Part shown: positions 60,731 through 64,000 of the stretch, in pieces
Layout of the letters: each line of letters starts with the position of its first letter
How positions within the stretch are numbered: the stretch's first letter is position 1
Source: an uncultured Desulfosarcina sp.
GTDB taxonomy: Bacteria > Desulfobacterota > Desulfobacteria > Desulfobacterales > Desulfosarcinaceae
NCBI GenBank assembly: GCA_963674945.2
Contig: CAXXWQ010000004.1
Span: 2,752,001 to 2,816,000 of the forward strand
Direction: 5' to 3'
DNA length: 64,000 nt
Notes under the pieces: model-generated
Database searches by the model: none
What the model saw: the letters and a program-made list of their open reading frames with translations, nothing else
Told to the model about the DNA's origin: nothing
Position numbers and translations under genes: made by a program

Positions 60731-63606
60731 GTGTGATCCGGTTGATGTTCCAAGGATAACACTTTTCGCGTAAATTGACCCTTTTTTGATTTCGTTTGTC
60801 GGGAAGCGCCTGCGATTTCGGCCGCCCGATCCAGCGTTTCGCGAACGACCTTTAATAGTTCCACCAGGGAATAGGGCTTTCCCACGAATCCCTGTGCCCG
60901 CTCTACGAGGTCCGCCTTTTGGCGGCCTTCGGGGGCGTCGCCGGAGGCGATCAGGACGGGAACATCGCGGTCGACATCGCGTAATTCTGCAAGGAATTGC
61001 GACCCATCCATTTTCGGCATGTTCAAGTCGAGAACGATCAAATCGATGGAATCGCTCGATTGGCGGTATAGATCCAGGGCCGCCTGGCCATCAACGGTCT
61101 CGATGACCCGATATCCGTACCCCTCCAGGAGTTCACGACCCAATTGACGAATGAGAGGTTCATCATCCACGATCAGGATGGTTTCCTTCCCGCCGCGAAT
61201 GTTCCATTGATCTTCCGATTCTTCCTTTTGATGAGACACCTTTTTCGCCGCAGGCAGGTAAATGGTAAATGTCGTTCCCCGACCGGGTGTACTGGAGCAG
61301 TGTATGATTCCGTTGTGATTTTTGATGATGCCGTAGACCATGGCCAATCCAAGACCGGTTCCCGAACCGGGCTCGCGGGTGGTAAAAAACGGCTCGAAAA
61401 TACGGACGCGGGTTGCTTCATCCATCCCGATACCGGTGTCCGATATGGCGAGCATGGCATGGGGACCGGGTTTGGCACCGAAGTGCTGCCGGCAAAATGC
61501 GTCACCCAGGATGATACTTCGGGTTTCGATGCGAAGGGTTCCGCCATCGGGCATGGCATGGCCGGCATTGATGGAAAGGTTCATCAGGACCTGTTCGAAC
61601 TGGACGGGGTCCGCCGTTGCGATGGGCAGGTCATCGGCCAGGTCCAGCTGAATATCGATGATGCGCGGCAATGTGCGCCGGAGAAGTTTCGTCACCGACT
61701 GCAGTTGGTGATTTAAATCCAATGGCGTCAGCTTGCTTTCGATTTTACGGCTGAAGGTGAGCAACTGTTGCGTAAGCTCACGGGCATGATCGCAGCTGTG
61801 CTGGATGGTGGCCAGCATTTCCTTTTGCCGGTTGGCGCCATATTCTTCCATCAACAAGAGCTGTGTGTACCCGGAAATGGCCTGCAGGCTGTTGTTGAAA
61901 TCGTGGGCGATGCCCCCGGCCAACGTTCCGATGGCATCCATTTTTTGGGATTGCAGCAGTTGTGACTCCATTCGGCGCAAGGCGCTTTCCGCTGCACGCT
62001 GATCCGTGATATCCAGACCGGCACCCACCATAAACGTCACCTCGCCGTCCGCTCCCCGCATGATGGTGTTGGACCATTGGATCAGGCGCCAATCGCCATC
62101 CTTTTTCACCCAATGGTTGGTATGCCGATTCGCCGTTTGGGTCCGAAAAACCGAATCGAAGGATCGTTGCAGATCCTCTTTTTCCTCTTCCGGAATCAGA
62201 CGGTCGAGGAGCAGTTCTCCCAAGACCTCCTCCTGGCGATACCCGCTGCACGCTTCACAGGCACGGTTGAAAATGACAATCCGTCCCTTCAGATCCAGAA
62301 CGATGACCAACGCCTCCACCGAAGAGATAATGAACTTGTTGAAATCCCTTACTTGTTGCAGGGAGAGGGAAGTCTCGCGGTGCCGTGACACCTCGGCCGT
62401 CAGATCGTCGTGGGAGGTTTGCAGCCGTTCCAAAAAATCGTTGAATATACGTCCCAGGCGACCGATTTCATCTTCGGACTCGTTGATCACCCGTGCGCTC
62501 AGGTCGCCCTGGCGCCTCTTGTTGATGACCGCCATAAGGTGACGGAGACGCCGGGTAATGGAGTTGCTGACCAGCAGGGTCATCATCGTGCTCAATCCGA
62601 TGGCGGCGGCGACAAAAAGGATCGTCAGATCCCGGACCTTTCGGATGGGTGAATTGATTTCCGCCACATCTCCTGTGGATCCGACGATCCATTCATACTC
62701 GGGGATATATCCGAACACCGCGATCTTTTCCCGGGCTTCGGTGTCGCCCGGATTTTTCCAGCGATAGGTGATCTGACCGGATTTTTTCGCTGCAATGCGC
62801 TTGAAAAACGAATGGTTCTCACTGGTGACGTCATAAAAGTTCTGACCTTCCAACTCCGGGTGGACGATGATGTTACCGTTAATGTCGGCCACGAAGACAT
62901 ACCCGCTCTCACCGAAGGTCAGGGCCTTTATACTGGACCGGATCTCTTCCATGGGAAGTAACGCAAGGAACTCGTCGCGGTAGGTGGAGACGGAGATAAT
63001 CCAGTCATAGGGGGCAAAATAGGTCATGTAGAGGGCCTTGGGCCGCATAACCTGCTCGCCCGGATTTTTCCATTGGTATTCGATGTATCCGGTCTTTAGG
63101 CGGGTCTGTTTGCGAACGAATTCAAAATTGAGTCTGTTTTCTCCCTCCAGCTGTTCGTTGGGATGTACCGTGGCCACCCCCTTGCTGTCGATGCAGTAGA
63201 TGTATCCGGTTTTTCCGATGGTCTGCTCCAGAAAAACACGGCGCATCTCCCTTCGCGCCTCGGCGTCCGTTATCTCTCCCGCAAGAAAACGGTTGTGGAT
63301 CTTATGGGCGATTTCGAGGTTCTTTTCCGCCACGGCGCGCAGATAATTGGTGATGGAACCTTGTACCGCGGTTTCCACCATGTTGACGATGGTCTGGGTG
63401 CCAAAGCGCAGATCGTCTTCGATATGGTGTTGAACGGCACCCTTGATGGTAAAAAGGGCCGCCGCCCCTCCGAAGGAGAAGAGAACCGCCGTCAACCCAA
63501 GATAGGCAAAAAGAAGCTTCGTGCGAAGACGAAAACTACCAAATCCTGTTCTTTTTCGCACGAGGTCTCCTGCTTTCGAGGTTCGGTTGTTCAATGTGCT
63601 TTTCAT
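60724..63606 (-). CDS. Hybrid sensor kinase (double Cache, HAMP, PAS, HisKA, HATPase, REC)
   Basis: AHDFNN, DTGIG, GTGLGL, ILIVDDE, LDLNMP. Confidence 0.93.
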   Translation of the reverse strand: MKSTLNNRTSKAGDLVRKRTGFGSFRLRTKLLFAYLGLTAVLFSFGGAAALFTIKGAVQHHIEDDLRFGTQTIVNMVETAVQGSITNYLRAVAEKNLEIAHKIHNRFLAGEITDAEARREMRRVFLEQTIGKTGYIYCIDSKGVATVHPNEQLEGENRLNFEFVRKQTRLKTGYIEYQWKNPGEQVMRPKALYMTYFAPYDWIISVSTYRDEFLALLPMEEIRSSIKALTFGESGYVFVADINGNIIVHPELEGQNFYDVTSENHSFFKRIAAKKSGQITYRWKNPGDTEAREKIAVFGYIPEYEWIVGSTGDVAEINSPIRKVRDLTILFVAAAIGLSTMMTLLVSNSITRRLRHLMAVINKRRQGDLSARVINESEDEIGRLGRIFNDFLERLQTSHDDLTAEVSRHRETSLSLQQVRDFNKFIISSVEALVIVLDLKGRIVIFNRACEACSGYRQEEVLGELLLDRLIPEEEKEDLQRSFDSVFRTQTANRHTNHWVKKDGDWRLIQWSNTIMRGADGEVTFMVGAGLDITDQRAAESALRRMESQLLQSQKMDAIGTLAGGIAHDFNNSLQAISGYTQLLLMEEYGANRQKEMLATIQHSCDHARELTQQLLTFSRKIESKLTPLDLNHQLQSVTKLLRRTLPRIIDIQLDLADDLPIATADPVQFEQVLMNLSINAGHAMPDGGTLRIETRSIILGDAFCRQHFGAKPGPHAMLAISDTGIGMDEATRVRIFEPFFTTREPGSGTGLGLAMVYGIIKNHNGIIHCSSTPGRGTTFTIYLPAAKKVSHQKEESEDQWNIRGGKETILIVDDEPLIRQLGRELLEGYGYRVIETVDGQAALDLYRQSSDSIDLIVLDLNMPKMDGSQFLAELRDVDRDVPVLIASGDAPEGRQKADLVERAQGFVGKPYSLVELLKVVRETLDRAAEIAGASRQTKSKKGQFTRKVLSLEHQPDHTH

Positions 63607-63788
63607 GGGCGACCATTTTTCGAACGCCGATCGTCATCGTCGGATTTCGCCACAGGGACGATACTATGCTTATTGGTCACGTTTACTATTAACTTTACTA
63701 CTTTGTAAAAAGCTTTTCCAGGCCAATTACGGCCGGACAGTAAATCATTCTTCCGTTACTCGGCCGATGGCGTAACGGTAAAAGCGTT

Positions 63789-64000
63789 TTAGGGAAAACC
63801 GGTCAGCCAGACACCGTTTCGAAGGCGCCACAAAAGGGCCGGCCCGACGGTGAGCAGGGTGAACCCGATCAGGGCGGTGGTGACACGTACGGCGGATCGG
63901 CGGCTGCGGATTCGGACTGGATGGGCAAGCGTCGGATGCCGGGTGCCCATTGTGCCAGCCAGCCCGGTGTCGATGCTTTCCACGAGGACGACCGCCAGGC
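63789..64000 (-). CDS. 3' end of a gene extending beyond the window (C-terminal TM helix)
   Basis: Open frame ending ...TTALIGFTLLTVGPALLWRLRNGVWLTGFP*. Confidence 0.45.
   Translation of the reverse strand, partial: LAVVLVESIDTGLAGTMGTRHPTLAHPVRIRSRRSAVRVTTALIGFTLLTVGPALLWRLRNGVWLTGFP

Overview
This is a chromosomal window from a sulfate-reducing bacterium, inferred to be Desulfobacterales-like. Core loci are clpB, the aprBA-qmoABC APS-reduction locus, and an ~11-kb energy-metabolism operon (45873-56657). That operon joins a four-subunit 2-oxoacid:ferredoxin oxidoreductase to three heterodisulfide-reductase-like fusions: an HdrA/GltD (HdrL-type) chimera with degenerate HdrA flavin motifs, MvhD-HdrD, and an HdrA-MvhD that needs UGA/selenocysteine read-through (SECIS-like hairpin present). 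A redox cluster at 31.4-42.8 kb contains a RACo-like ASKHA ATPase, a cyclase-STAND-TPR protein, thioredoxins, flavodoxin, a CoA-disulfide reductase, a Cys-rich PAS sigma54 activator and DUF134/DUF5320 genes, with two sigma54-type promoters. Three families of short palindromic interspersed repeats are present; some supply stop codons, and one inverted pair brackets korAB. There are also two internally deleted pseudogenes and two AT-richer patches with attC-like remnants. No CRISPR array, rRNA, tRNA or transposase was seen. All calls come from motif recognition without database searches.
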